From Eledone cirrhosa (Eukaryota), in NCBI GenBank assembly GCA_964016885.1, contig OZ024752.1:10292001-10356000 (forward strand): a DNA stretch of 64,000 nucleotides, written 5' to 3'. Below are positions 24,861 to 36,966 of this stretch, piece after piece. The translations under genes were made by a program, and so were the position numbers. Position 1 is the first letter of the stretch. The number at the start of each line of letters is the position of its first letter. Below the pieces are notes generated by a model, which saw nothing but the letters and a program-made list of their open reading frames with translations, was not told the origin of the DNA and made no database searches.

Positions 24861-24991
24861 TGATGCTGAATATATATAAAGATACTATAAACAACGTGGA
24901 AATAAATGGAATTTGAAAGCAGAATGTAAAAGGACATAGCAATTCAGCACGGAATATGTTGTACAATGTGTTGTACACAAACTAGAATGTA

Positions 24992-25257
24992 CAGGGTTAT
25001 TGAAAAAGAATGAACCAATTTCATTACGCAATATTTTAATAAAGAAAAGCAATAGAAAACTCCAGCCAAGTCACAAGTATTCTAGTCACAATCAACTTAT
25101 ATTTCCTGTCTGACAAGTGTTCAATGTGGCCACTACCTGCAGCCATTCAAAACTTAGAGAACTCCTCTTTCGAATGGTCACCGACTCTTTCCCTGACGAT
25201 GCTTGAGACCTGAAGCAATCCGTCATGAAATCGGTTCATTACTTTTGAATAACCCTG
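24992..25257 (-). mobile_element. Tc1/mariner internal-deletion derivative (MITE)
   Basis: TA-CAGGGTTATTGAAAAAGAATGAACCAATTTCAT...ATGAAATCGGTTCATTACTTTTGAATAACCCTG-TA: ~35-bp TIRs and a TA TSD. The minus strand keeps GSGHIEHL, the end of a mariner transposase. Confidence 0.9.
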
Positions 25258-26317
25258 TATTTTCCATATTGTGCTATGTAAAGTAGAACTATATGCATAA
25301 TCCTCACAGTGTTTCACCACTCTTTATAAAAATATATTGTTTATCTATATATGAGAATTATTTTGTAAAATATGTTCAACATATATGTAAATATATCTAA
25401 TGTCATTTATGGAAATATATACCATGGACTGAGACTGTGACAATCAATATATCTCTGAAATTCTTGTAATAGTTAATCAACGATACGCTTATAACTTTAC
25501 CAAATATAAAATCAGAACAATTGTTTGTTATATTAATGAACATATTAAGCAACATTTACAAATATAACAGTGAGGTAGCTTAGATTTCAAATATCTCTGC
25601 GTTTCATATATAAACTACGACGTTATTGCCTGAGATAACTGGATCAAGGATAGCGAATTTCTGATTGATTTCACTATGTCGTAGGTAGCATTAACAACAG
25701 TTTAGTTGAATCTAATTTGCTATATATTTACTGACGATAGATGGATATCGGATTGAATGAGCAAGGCTATTGCCAATCATTTACGATTTACTGACTGGAA
25801 ATGAATATATTTAATTATTTCTTGCAACCTTATCAAATTAAACCTGACACCTAAGTCATTTCAGCTGTGAGTTTCTTGAAACTAAATGTGATATGCTACT
25901 GAAATGCCAAAGAGTACCAATAAGGATTGCAAAGGAGAATATATATACATAAACACACATTGTGCTATATGATAATATACAAAAACATATAGAAATGTGC
26001 GCATTGAAAATCTCATTAATTCATCGAATCTTCTGAATTCTGTATAGTAAATACTTAAATAACAAAACATAATTCCATAAGCCTAAATGACGTAAGAACT
26101 TATGTGTAATTTGATAGTGATAATCTAGGTACTTTCATTGATTAATATATAATACCATCTGAAATGATGCATCTTGATAACGAGATACTGCATGAAGGTA
26201 TTTCAAAGTTGATCGGCTGTGAATACACCAGCAGCATAGAGTTAGTTAGACACACCTTTTCATATTTGTGTATTCATACATCAATTATAATACAATTATA
26301 TCTTTGTTGATTTTTAC

Positions 26318-26509
26318 TATAATTGTTTCTACATTTGCCACAACGCCAGCAATTATCCCACTGTATTACTGGTACTTATTTTATCGACCCTGTAAGGATG
26401 AAAGGCAAATTAACCTCGGTGGGATTTGAACTCAGACCATAAACGGCCGTAACTCTTTGCTGCAAAGCATGGCGTCAGACCCTCGACAAATACTGCCAAT
26501 CCACCGACC
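26318..26509 (-). mobile_element. SINE family A with TSD
   Basis: TSD ttgattttta(c/t)tataat on both sides. Confidence 0.92.
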
Positions 26510-27199
26510 TTTGATTTTTATTATAATATCCAGTAGTTTCCATTTCATCTCTATATATGTGAATATTGGCATATCACAGACAAACTCTCTAATACAATTA
26601 TATGATGAATGGGAAGCAAAACGACATTTGTATTATATTAGAAAAATAGTATCAGAATTGTAACCAGAATTATGTTAAAATGTTTAGTGAAATTCATATC
26701 CGTTACACCAGTTATTTGACAATTATGTTTAAAACACCATACATTTTAATTCAACCACAAACAGAAGCAAGCAAACATGTAATACACGTTTTCTTTTTTT
26801 CCCTATTTATCATACAATTGTAACCATGTTATATTCCCATCCGTATTTCTGAAGTGTTTTATGTCCTCTCTACTATAATTGTTGAACATTTTTATTCACT
26901 TAATCTATATTTTAATCATTGATATATGTATTACTTCTCTTGCTTCCATAAATCTTAAAGTTCTTTATGTATGTTCTTCACTTACTAAGGCATACTAGAC
27001 TTTATGAATCACATTAGTATAAATCTATCTCCAATTAAATGTATATTATATTGTGTAATGACACGTTGTAGTTACAGAACTTAAATAATTTATCATTCAT
27101 CAATTTTAATTAATATTTTATGCTTCCATAATTTTAAAGTTTTCCCTACCTTATTTAAAAGTTATTTATACATGCTAGGTAAATTATTTGTATGTAATT

Positions 27200-27247
27200 G
27201 ATTCTGATGAGCTAGTCTCTGTTAGTGTAAAGAAACGTTCGTAAATC
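27200..27247 (+). ncRNA. Degenerate type I hammerhead-like motif
   Basis: GATT-CTGATGA-GCTAG tctctg TTAGT-(gtaaa)-GAAAC gttc GTA^AATC. There is a 5-nt extra segment before GAAA. Confidence 0.5.
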
Positions 27248-27321
27248 CATTACATGCTTAATACGATAATACCTGTTGAACGTGTCTTTATACATACATA
27301 CAACATCATATATATATATGA

Positions 27322-27506
27322 GGGCAGTGGATTGGCAGTATCGGTAGGGAGTCGGACGCCATGCTTTCCAGCATAGTTACGTCCCTTTACGATCTGAGTT
27401 CAAATCCCGCCGAGGTTGACTTTGCCTTTCATCCTTACGGGGGTCGATAAAATAAAGTACCAGTAATGCAATGGATTATAGCTGGCCTTGTGCCTAAAGT
27501 AGCAAC

Positions 27507-27511
<5 letters not shown>
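27322..27511 (+). mobile_element. SINE family A
   Basis: Complete copy flanked by (TA)n. Confidence 0.92.
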
Positions 27512-27550
<39 letters not shown>

Positions 27551-27552
<2 letters not shown>

Positions 27553-27712
27553 GAAAAGATTCAGGGCCCCGAGCTCCGGCCGTTTCGACAGCTAGATCTA
27601 GCTGTTGAAACGGACAGAGCTCAGCTGTCGGTGTCCTGAATCCTTTCATATTACCCACTCTACTATCTCAAGTATCGAGTACTCTGGCGCATTATGGTCC
27701 ACACCCTCTTTC
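27551..27712 (+). mobile_element. Hairpin-plus-tail repeat family D (unclassified)
   Basis: A ~100-bp imperfect palindrome (atgaaaagattcagg...gtttcgacagctagatctagctgttgaaac...cctgaatcctttcat) is followed by attacccactctac...gagtactctggcgcattatggt. Copies at 29465-29655, 62508-62712 and, reversed, ~59295-59432. Confidence 0.75.
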
Positions 27713-27892
27713 TTTTATATATATGTATGTAAGTGTGTGTATGCGTGCGTGCATGCATATATATATATATGTATAATATATAACGAAAAATCAGTGATGC
27801 AGATTTTTCGTTTTATATTATATCACACTCTGCTCTGTAACAACAGAGTCCTCAACCGGCATAATGCCTATGGAAGCATCATAGCTACCATC

Positions 27893-27950
27893 AGAGAGAG
27901 AGAGAGAGAGAAAGAGAGAAAGAAAGAGAGAAAGAGAGAAAGAGAGAGAG

Positions 27951-27981
<31 letters not shown>

Positions 27982-28008
27982 AAGAGAAAGAGAAAGAGAG
28001 AGAGAGAG
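27893..28008. repeat. (AG)n/(GAAA)n microsatellite
   Basis: Direct inspection. Confidence 0.95.
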
Positions 28009-28991
28009 TTTAGACCATCACGACGTAGTTAAATGCGTGAAAACACTACATAAAAATGCAAATATATTATATCATTTCAATATATGTTCAAATGCCTTGA
28101 CACTGATATTTCACATTCTCATTGACTATTCCCTCTGAGACGATTTATGTAGTGAGACTTATCTGTCTTCCAACCAAATATATGTTCACATTATTACTCT
28201 GCATGTTTAACATAACAGATCGACTTGAACTGACCTCAATGATACATTGTTTCGGTGTGTTAAACACCACCGCTTTCTGACGTGTAGAGGAAATGCAGTT
28301 CTCAGGTATATTTTAATACGATTATAAACTAATTGCTAATTTATATTATCAGTACAAAATATTTTATTTATTTGACAACAGTCACAAAATAACAATTTAC
28401 TTAATCAATGATCGTAGCATGATATCATTTGTCTGTGTGAAAGCAAATGATATCTTCAGCGAGTATGAAACTACAATATTGTTTTGAGAAAAAAAATATA
28501 GAGGCAGGGTAAATTCTATTTGCATCCAATTGCATATCTTAGTAAAGAAAGAAAAAAAACAAAAAAAAAAACAATACATCAATATATATTCCTGCAGTTG
28601 GCAATGTCATAATTTCTAAGAAAATTATACACATTCATATAATAAACGCATCATAGAGTGTTGGAATTCGAATATGTATTTCAGAGATATCGATTTTCTA
28701 ACTGCCTATAGCTATAGTTTAAAATAATGTATACATTTGATCTTTACGTTGCTAGCATACGTTTCCTCTATGTAGAGTGGATCGAATTTTATAATTATTA
28801 AGCTTATGTAATTTACTTCTTGCGAACAGAATGTTAAATACAGGAGTTATGCCTGCAGATTTAATTATAGATTTTTTGTTAAACATGTAACGAAGTGTAT
28901 CATCGGTAACAATTCACACACTATTACATACTTACTTACATACATACATACTTACAAGATATCTTATCTGAAAACGTGTTTTGAAACATAT

Positions 28992-29243
28992 TGTTTATAA
29001 TTTGGGAGGGTCATTTTGCCAATAAAAACACACGCACCAATTGGATTTTATTTCAATTTATTATAAATTTCCGGTTAGTTGGTTGCTTTGGTAACTAGAT
29101 AGTTCTTTATATATTGTCAAAGCTCTTTCATCACACATATGGCCTCCTCAGTGACTGGGTTTTTATTTTGTATCTTTTCTTTTATCTCTCCTACACCGAA
29201 TTGATTTTTGTGTGTTTTTATTGGCACATGTCCCTCCCAAAGT

Positions 29244-29249
<6 letters not shown>
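28992..29249 (-). mobile_element. 258-bp TGT...ACA element with ~45-bp TIRs and 4-bp ATAT TSD (solo LTR or Ginger-like MITE), containing a hammerhead-like motif
   Basis: atat-TGTTTATAATTTGGGAGGGTCATTTTGCCAATAAAAACACAC...GTGTGTTTTTATTGGCACATGTCCCTCCCAAAGTACAACA-atat. Minus strand 29155-29116 reads GTCA-CTGAGGA...GAAA-GAGC-TT-TGAC. Confidence 0.8.
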
Positions 29250-29316
<67 letters not shown>

Positions 29317-29464
29317 CACAAATGTTATATAGAAATGCTTCGACAGGCCTATAACTGTTTCATTATGTTTGTTGTATACATTCTACTAATGTGTTGAGAA
29401 CCTTACTTTGTTTAGCTCCGATTGAACACGGGATACACATAAACATACACGCACACTCATATAT

Positions 29465-29655
29465 ATAGGAAAACGTTTGACCCCGACGGTAGGCCATTTC
29501 AACCGCTATTTCTGGACCGTCTGGGTCAAACATTTTCATATTACCCACTCTACTACCCTACGTATTGAGTACGCTGGTGCGTTATGGTACATCTGGTGCG
29601 TTATGGTCCATCTGATGCGTTATGGTCCATCTGGTTCCTTACGACACCTCCTTCG
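29465..29655 (+). mobile_element. Repeat family D copy
   Basis: gaaaacgtttgaccc...gggtcaaacattttcatattacccactctac, with a triplicated gtgcgttatggtccatct tail. Confidence 0.7.
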
Positions 29656-29681
29656 TTATATATATATAAATAAATAAATAA

Positions 29682-29720
<39 letters not shown>

Positions 29721-29991
29721 TGAGCATATATATATACATATATATATTATATATAATATTCTATTCGTATGAGCCCACAGATACAAAAGTTTAGCATGCA
29801 GTCATTTGTAATGTGAAGCCTGTCCTCATTAATTTCTCATTTGATAAACCTTCGAACACCATTCCGTGTTTATGGGAGATATGTTTCTATTTTCAGTCAT
29901 TAGCTACGCTTTTCAAAACCCGATCAATCATTCATGCTATATAGAATCAGTATTGATGAAAAGGTGGTTCTTAACATTATTTCATTTTCGA

Positions 29992-30146
29992 GGGAAGTGG
30001 ATTGGCAGTATCGGTAGAGGGTCGGACACCATGCTTTGACGCCTTAGAGTTACGCTCCTTGTCATTCTGAGTTCAAATCCTGCCGAGGTTAACTTTGCCT
30101 TTCATCATTACGGGCTCGATAAAATAAAGTACCAGTCACGCACTGG
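29992..30146 (+). mobile_element. SINE family A, 3' truncated
   Basis: Head and core are present; the tail is missing. Confidence 0.88.
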
Positions 30147-30206
30147 CAGCTCTCTTTGATTTGGGGTAAATGCCATGTTTTTGTGGGTTGTTATTTCTAT
30201 AGTATA

Positions 30207-30712
30207 GGGGGCGAATTGGCAGAGTCATTAGAAGGTCGGATGGAATGCTTTATAGCAGGGTTGTGCAACATATTCCATTGGCGAGTCACTTTTGAACATT
30301 GGAACAACTATTAGGGCCTGTCACTGTTTAATGTAATCTAATGAAAACCAGTGAATTGAATCATAAATACATTGTGAATACATTTTTAAACAATAAAGAC
30401 AAATACAATATAATTCAGTTTTATTAATGTGAAACTTGGTATTTAGTAAAAGGCAACTAACAGAAAATTGTATTACTGTTACGAAAAAAATTCTAAATAA
30501 GCCTACAAGGTAAAACTTAGAAACGGTCATGGCAGGCCACTCTGACTGGTCTGGTGGGCCAGATTGTGGCCCGCGGACTGCCTGTCACACTCCCCTGCTT
30601 TATGGTAATCGTGCCGACTCTCTGCTCCCGGAGTTCAAATCCCACCGAGGTCAACTTTGCCTTTCATCATTTCGAGGTCGATAAAAAAGTACCAGTGTAG
30701 TACTGGGGTTGA
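30207..30712 (+). mobile_element. Old SINE split by a hAT MITE
   Basis: The head at 30207-30255 continues at 30598 with ...gagttcaaatcccaccgaggtcaactttgcctttcatc. Confidence 0.8.
30256..30597. mobile_element. hAT (Charlie-like) non-autonomous element
   Basis: CAGGG...CCCTG termini, 8-bp TSD ctttatag/ctttatgg, and subterminal gggccagattgtggcccgcgg. Confidence 0.85.
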
Positions 30713-31785
30713 TTCTTCCTCTGTATCTCTTTCTCATTTCTCCTCTCTCACTTTCTAACTTTCTCTGGTAATATCTGCTGTACTCACGCCTGGAGTGGAA
30801 TGGGCTCCACCAGGCTTAAGTTACTCAAGAAACGCCGTATGTTAACATGGTGTCCCCATGATTCCCTCGGGACTTACGGGATCATACATACACTTCTGTT
30901 CTGAATGTAATCAAATTTTCAGCTGTATTTTGATTTGCTTAGTTCCTTCGTTAATTTCAGATATATATTTTCATTTCTGTGGACTGACATTTCAATTAGG
31001 AGCTATTAACTTTCTTGTTGGTCTTTGGAAATATAAATGGCCAATGAGAATTGATCTTGCTGTTTATGATTAATGTTATATCCTTGAAAATGTATGTTTT
31101 GATATTCTATTATTCCAATTCCCGCGCGTTCTTATACAACCTATTATTTATTAACATGATATAACGCTACCACGCAATACATCATAAAGATAGCTGGCGA
31201 AAATTGTTTCCTCATAACTGATGAATTGATGGGAACGTGGCTTATTGCTAGCGGGTCAAAGAACGACCACATAATTCGCTTCCTCGTTGGTATGTATGGG
31301 GGATTACCATACGTGTATGTATATGGTCCGAAGCTTGATATGCTTATTCACGGGACTGCATCAATCAACCCAATTTCACTCATATATGAAAAAACAATCT
31401 GATCCCCCACCCCCTTTCGTTTAAAGGCAAATACAATAAGAACTGTATAACCCGAACTACGCGAAATGTATTATACTTATTCACGTGATAGTCATCAACC
31501 AACCAAATTACTTTTCTAAAAAATAAAAAAAAAACCTACCATTTCGAGCCACTTTTTTCCACATAAAACAGGAGTAACATTCGAACACAAACAAGGTGCC
31601 AGTAAAACCACAAACCCTCCATCTCAATTCTACTTTTGAAAAGCATAACAACTGGGAAACCGGTAAAGGAAACAAATAAATATTCTTAAAAAGTCTCCAG
31701 TTGCATTTTCAATTTCCTCTTTTATCCTTATACTTTCATTTGTGTAGGACATCACGTTTATTTTTTCGATTAAAAAAAAGACCCC

Positions 31786-31832
<47 letters not shown>

Positions 31833-32578
31833 CAGTAAATATGGTGTCGTAAATAAATACATACATATATACATAGTCCGAAAATAAGCAATGGAACCAA
31901 AGTGTCGCTCCTCCGTTGCTCCTGCTCTCCACAGTTCTCACTATTGTGAACAAACAGGGACCATGCGCTGGCAACTCTGCTTTTCCTACGAATGTCTGTT
32001 AACTTCATCTCCGTATAGTTCCACGACAATATTGTGGTGGGAAGGTAATAGTTGCAATGGTTACGGTAAGAAAACTAAAATAGTATGAGCCCAGTGTATG
32101 GTTTATCTTGGTTAATAGCTTTTGCAAAATGACGGCGTGATTTCGGTTTTGGTAGAATGGCGAATAGAACGTAGCAACTACAGTACCTGATTGCTAGTAT
32201 AATTTGTCAACCTCGGAAACATGAGAAGTAAATTTGAACGTAAACTGAGATCGAAAATGAAATAACGAAGAAAAAAAGATAGAGCTAAGCATTTCGTCAT
32301 ACTTTGTAAATGGAGTAACAATATATCGCCATTAGCAGGTATATAATACTTCCATAAATATCATTTTAGAAGCTTTAACTACAGAAAGAAGATTATCATG
32401 CAAGCACACACTAACACAAATAGAATATACATACATATACATATCCACACACACACACGTATGTACGGAAGCAAGTTAAGCTCTCGCACCAAGTATACGA
32501 GCTATTCGGCTATCCTTACGCATGAACATCACACGCTTTGCATGAGTGACACACGCATTATTTATCCTTTATCCTCAT

Positions 32579-32762
32579 GGGCGGTTGGATTGGCAGTATC
32601 GGTAGAGGGTCGGACGCCATGCTTTGACGCATAGAGTTACGGCCCTTTCCATTCTGAGTTCAAATCCCGCCGAGGTTATCATTGACTTACGGGGTCGATA
32701 AAATAAAGTACCAGTAATGCACTGGTTAATTACTGGCCTTGTGCCAAATGTAGAAACAATTA
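32579..32762 (+). mobile_element. SINE family A with TSD
   Basis: attatttatcctttat occurs before and after the element. Confidence 0.92.
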
Positions 32763-33148
32763 TTTATCCTTTATGTATATATATAAACAGTTATTATCGG
32801 TCACTGTCTCAATATCTCTCTCTTTGCACACACACACATATATATATACACACACACGCAAGATTTAAATATACATAAAAGCGTAGAAGAGATATTTCTT
32901 ATTCGAGCGGATTAAATAGTTTTCAAGCTCAAGCTTTCACTGGATCTGCTTAAGACTTTGTAAAAAGTGTCAAAGATTTAACAAATTTAAATATCAAATG
33001 CCATCAGAAAACAATGCTCTTTGAAAATGGTGTCCAAGAATTACATAGAAAGCATTATCTGGGATATGTCAAGACAAACAAACAGGAAAATGACATCCAG
33101 GTATTACAAAGAAAAAAAAACATATCTTCTAAATGATAAATAAATCCA

Positions 33149-33480
33149 GTGAGTGAGTGAGTGAGTGAGTGAGTGAGTGAGTGAGTGAGTGAGTGAGTGA
33201 GTGAGTGAGTGAGTGAGTGAGTGAGTGAGTGAGTGAGTGAGTGAGTGAGTGAGTGAGTGAGTGAGTGAGTGAGTGAGTGAGTGAGTGAGTGAGTGAGTGA
33301 GTGAGTGAGTGAGTGAGATGTGAAGAAGTAGAGAGTGAGAGAGATGTGAAGAAGCAGAGAGTAAGAGAGATGTGAAGAAGCAGAGAGTGAGAGAGATGTG
33401 AAGAAGCAGAGAGTGAGAGATATGTGAAGAAGCAGAGAGTGAGAGAGATGTGAAGAAGCAGAGAGTGAGAGAGATGTGAG
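33149..33480. repeat. (GAGT)n, ~42 units, followed by a 26-bp minisatellite (atgtgaagaagcagagagtgagagag)
   Basis: Direct inspection; source of the THSL ORFs. Confidence 0.97.
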
Positions 33481-33496
33481 AAAGAAACACAGAAGA

Positions 33497-33632
33497 ATGG
33501 CCCCCTCATTATTATCGACCTCGATCGAGTGAAAGGCGAAGTTGACCAGTGCGGGGTTTGAACACCGAGAACTGAACAGAATGCACCAAAACATTTCATC
33601 TGATGCTCTAACAACTCTGCAAATTCGCCGCT
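33497..33632 (-). mobile_element. Old SINE related to family A
   Basis: atcgacctcgatcgagtgaaaggcgaagttgacc...ctctgcaaattcgcc. Confidence 0.7.
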
Positions 33633-33727
33633 CACGTGAGAAATATGTGTCTAATTACGTTCAATCAATCGAGCAATACAGATTTGCTTCCAATTCTTCA
33701 CTAATTGCTTTTATATTACTACAATTA

Positions 33728-33791
33728 ATAATTGTTTCTACTATTGGCACAAGGCCAGAAATTACCCAGTACATTACTGGTACTTTATTTA
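33728..33791 (-). mobile_element. SINE A 3' stub with TSD
   Basis: Only the tail is present. TSD tactacaattaa at 33717 and 33790. Confidence 0.85.
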
Positions 33792-34145
33792 CTACAATTA
33801 AAAATATTAATACATTACACATATATACATCGTCTATACACTATATGTTATTTTGGGCGACTGCTGTTAATAGTTTTCTACTTGAGCAATCTATCTAATG
33901 AATAGAATTGCTATATTTATCCAATTTTAAAGTAATCAAACAAGATTGAAAGAAATTAGATAGATTTCTATTGAGATGCGTATAATATTATGGAGTACGT
34001 CTGTTCGGTGATAGGTTTGTATTTTATTTCGCTATTTTTTAGATCGTGTTATATAACGTATCTTGCTGACATATATATATATATATATGTATGTATATAT
34101 ACGTTTTTCTTAGGTCCTTATGGATAAAGGAATACACTGCAACAC

Positions 34146-34381
34146 TGTAATAATAATATAATCGAAACAAACGGCAATAACCACACGTAACGAAACAACC
34201 ATTTTTTTAAGAACCAACAATCCAACACGGAAACTCGAACTGAGAACTTGAACTCTAGCTTTAACTATCAACACACGAACTGTGGAACTAGTACCAACGT
34301 CTCTACATACTCAGGCCGCTACTATTTATATGTAGTAGTCCAGCCCATTCTCGCCAGGGGGAGTTGTACGCTCGCACAACA
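34146..34381 (-). mobile_element. Possible LTR remnant
   Basis: Minus strand begins TGTTGTG, contains TATAAATA and ends TTACA. No TSD was found. Confidence 0.25.
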
Positions 34382-34919
34382 ATTTTTGTCTGAAAAAAAC
34401 GAACGAAATATTTGTTTAGAACGTAGATAATATTAAAGAAAATAAATACCAGTAGAAGCCTACTGTGTGTTCATGATTTGAATAAGGACGGTGAATGTTA
34501 CGCATTTGTCAACAATTTATATTACAGTGGAAATATTAGTGGATTCCATAAAAGTGTTTCTAATACGAGACATTCACTACTGGAATTAAATTTTAATTTA
34601 ATGCGTTTAGATGTTTCATTCAATTACAACGCGTCTATATAGGAATTAAAATAAAGTTAAATAATATTAAAATATACGTGTGAAAGTGGGAAGGAAAAGC
34701 CTTGATAATTCCCATAAAAAATTAAATTCAGCGAAAAGTTATTTTCATTGCATAGATTTACTATCATAAAATTTAAGTAGTGAATATCAATGAAAGTGAA
34801 TATGCCATACCAAACCAAGACCTGACTTCTGAATAAAAAAGAGTGCGTTATATAGATGCAATCATATCAAGCATATACCGCCTAAAATGATTATAATATG
34901 AAACTTATTCACAAGAAAA

Positions 34920-35052
34920 ATAATTGTTTCTGCTTTTGGCAGAAGGCCAGCAATTACCCAGTGCATTACTGGTACTTTATTTTATCGACCCCGTAAGGAT
35001 GAAAGGCAAAGTTAACCTCGGCGGGATTTGAACTCTGTAAAAGGACGTAACT
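34920..35052 (-). mobile_element. 5'-truncated SINE A with 16-bp TSD
   Basis: tcacaagaaaaataat at 34909-34924 and 35052-35067. Confidence 0.92.
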
Positions 35053-35453
35053 CACAAGAAAAATAATATTCATTTGGTAGAGTTAATTGGTATGTGAGTT
35101 GTGAATTCGAATAGTAAATTGTATCAATTTGCACATATATTTACTATAGTGGAGTTACGGGAAGGGACAGCTAAACCTGCATATGTACACGAAACTTGAT
35201 ATTCTTAGGATAATAGAATTTAGCAATGTCACCATGAATTGAACTCTGGGTAACATTGACTGTAACTCAGTGGCTAAGAGCCTGGAAATTACTGAATAAA
35301 TGTTTGTGTCATATAATTTGTTGTTTTATTATTATAGCTGACGATTTATAGATAAGCATGTTATCTATATCCATATTAATTTGGCATTTGTATAAACCAT
35401 TTCAAGTAAATAGTGACCTTATTTACATTGACGGACATCTTTTATATTAATTA

Positions 35454-35809
35454 TCTATATCTACATATAATATAAAATATTGGAACTTCCATCATCCTTT
35501 TGAGAAACGTGGAACGAACAACCACATCTTTGAAATGATACACGTTTTACAGTCAGGCAGAAGATGAACCATCTCCGAGAGGTCACTATTCTAGGTGTAG
35601 CACCTACAATTGTTCATATACTATGCACAAACGGTACAACGAAGAATATGGTATATCTGGAAGATTTCTTTTACTGTTTTTTTATGTATCACACAGACAC
35701 CACGGACTCGTCTCATTCTGTAACCAGACAAACATCCAATACAGTCATTTTCTCCTTTACCTGTCTTCTCTTATCTGTTTACCCGGGCGAAGCTGGGTAC
35801 GTCAGCTAG
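35454..35809 (+). mobile_element. Non-autonomous Helitron
   Basis: 5' TCTATATC...TATAAAA; 3' cccgggcgaagctggg hairpin followed by CTAG, then T. Confidence 0.75.
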
Positions 35810-35926
35810 TATATACCAATTCTAACTTCTAAATATAATGGAATTCATCCTAACAACCGTCAAGGAAGCAACTATTTCCATTTCTATTGGACATCGGTAT
35901 AATTAGCGTAGTGCTATATGAAACAA

Positions 35927-36966
35927 AATAATGGTTTTATATTTAGGCACAGGGTCAGAAATCTTTGGGAAGTGCAAAATCAATTTAGTCGACCCCAGTG
36001 CGTGACAGGTACTTTACCTTATCGCCACCAGAAGGATGAGAAGCAAAGCTAACCTCGGCAGTATTTGAACACAGAACGGGAAAGGGCCGTAACTCTATGC
36101 AAACACATGATTTCCGATTTAGGCACAGGGTCAACAATTCGGGGGGAGGGGAACACTCGATCACATTAAAGCCAGTACATTACTGGTACTTTATTTTATA
36201 GACCCCGTAAGGATGAATCACAAAGCAAACATCGGTAGGATTTAAACTCAGAACGTAAAGGGCCCAAACTCTAGCAACAAAACAATGTAAACGAACACCA
36301 CCCACTAAGTACATTTGTCAGATTACTAACAATCTTGATATTTTAAAGTTAAAATTAGAAGCAATATAAATACAAACATCTAATTTCTTGAAAGCCTTTA
36401 TTACAATTGTCGTTGGTAAACTGTATGGGTTAAAAATATAATCTGGAGGATACGAATGGGGATCAACTTATGATAAACTTGAACGAATAATTGATCCGGG
36501 ATGCCAAGATTATCGATATACGAAAAAAAGTAAGCATACATTCGCTGGACTTGAAACGTCGATACTTATAATGGTTTCTTATATAGGCACAAGGCCAATT
36601 TTGGGGGAGGGGAAAGTCTATTAAATCGACACCAGTACGTGACTGGTACTTTATTTTATCAACCCCGTAAGAATGAAAAGCAAAATTAAACTCAGACCAT
36701 AAAGGGCCGTTACTCTATGCTGCAAAGCATGGCGTCAGACGCTCTACCGATACTGCCAATCCACCGCCCTTCGCTACTTATAATTGTTTCTACATTTGGC
36801 ACAAGGTCAGCAATTACCCAGTACATTTCTAGTACTTTATCTTTATTTATCGACCCCGTAAGGATAAAAGGCAAAGTTAACCTCGGTGGGATTTGAACTC
36901 AGAATGGCAAGGGCCGTAACTATGCGTCAATGCATGGCGTCCGACCCTCTAACGATACTGCCAATC
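35927..36966 (-). mobile_element. Cluster of four co-oriented SINE A copies (~35927-36100, 36113-36275, 36568-36770, 36779-36966)
   Basis: Four reverse-complement copies. tcg(a/c)tacttataat brackets the third. Confidence 0.88.

Noticed and set aside
25730-31240. Other CTGANGA heptamers (e.g. ~25732, ~31218; also ~3399, ~35338, ~51021, ~20412 minus)
   Set aside because: They lack a correctly placed helix II-GAAA-helix III-NUH arrangement and are expected by chance.
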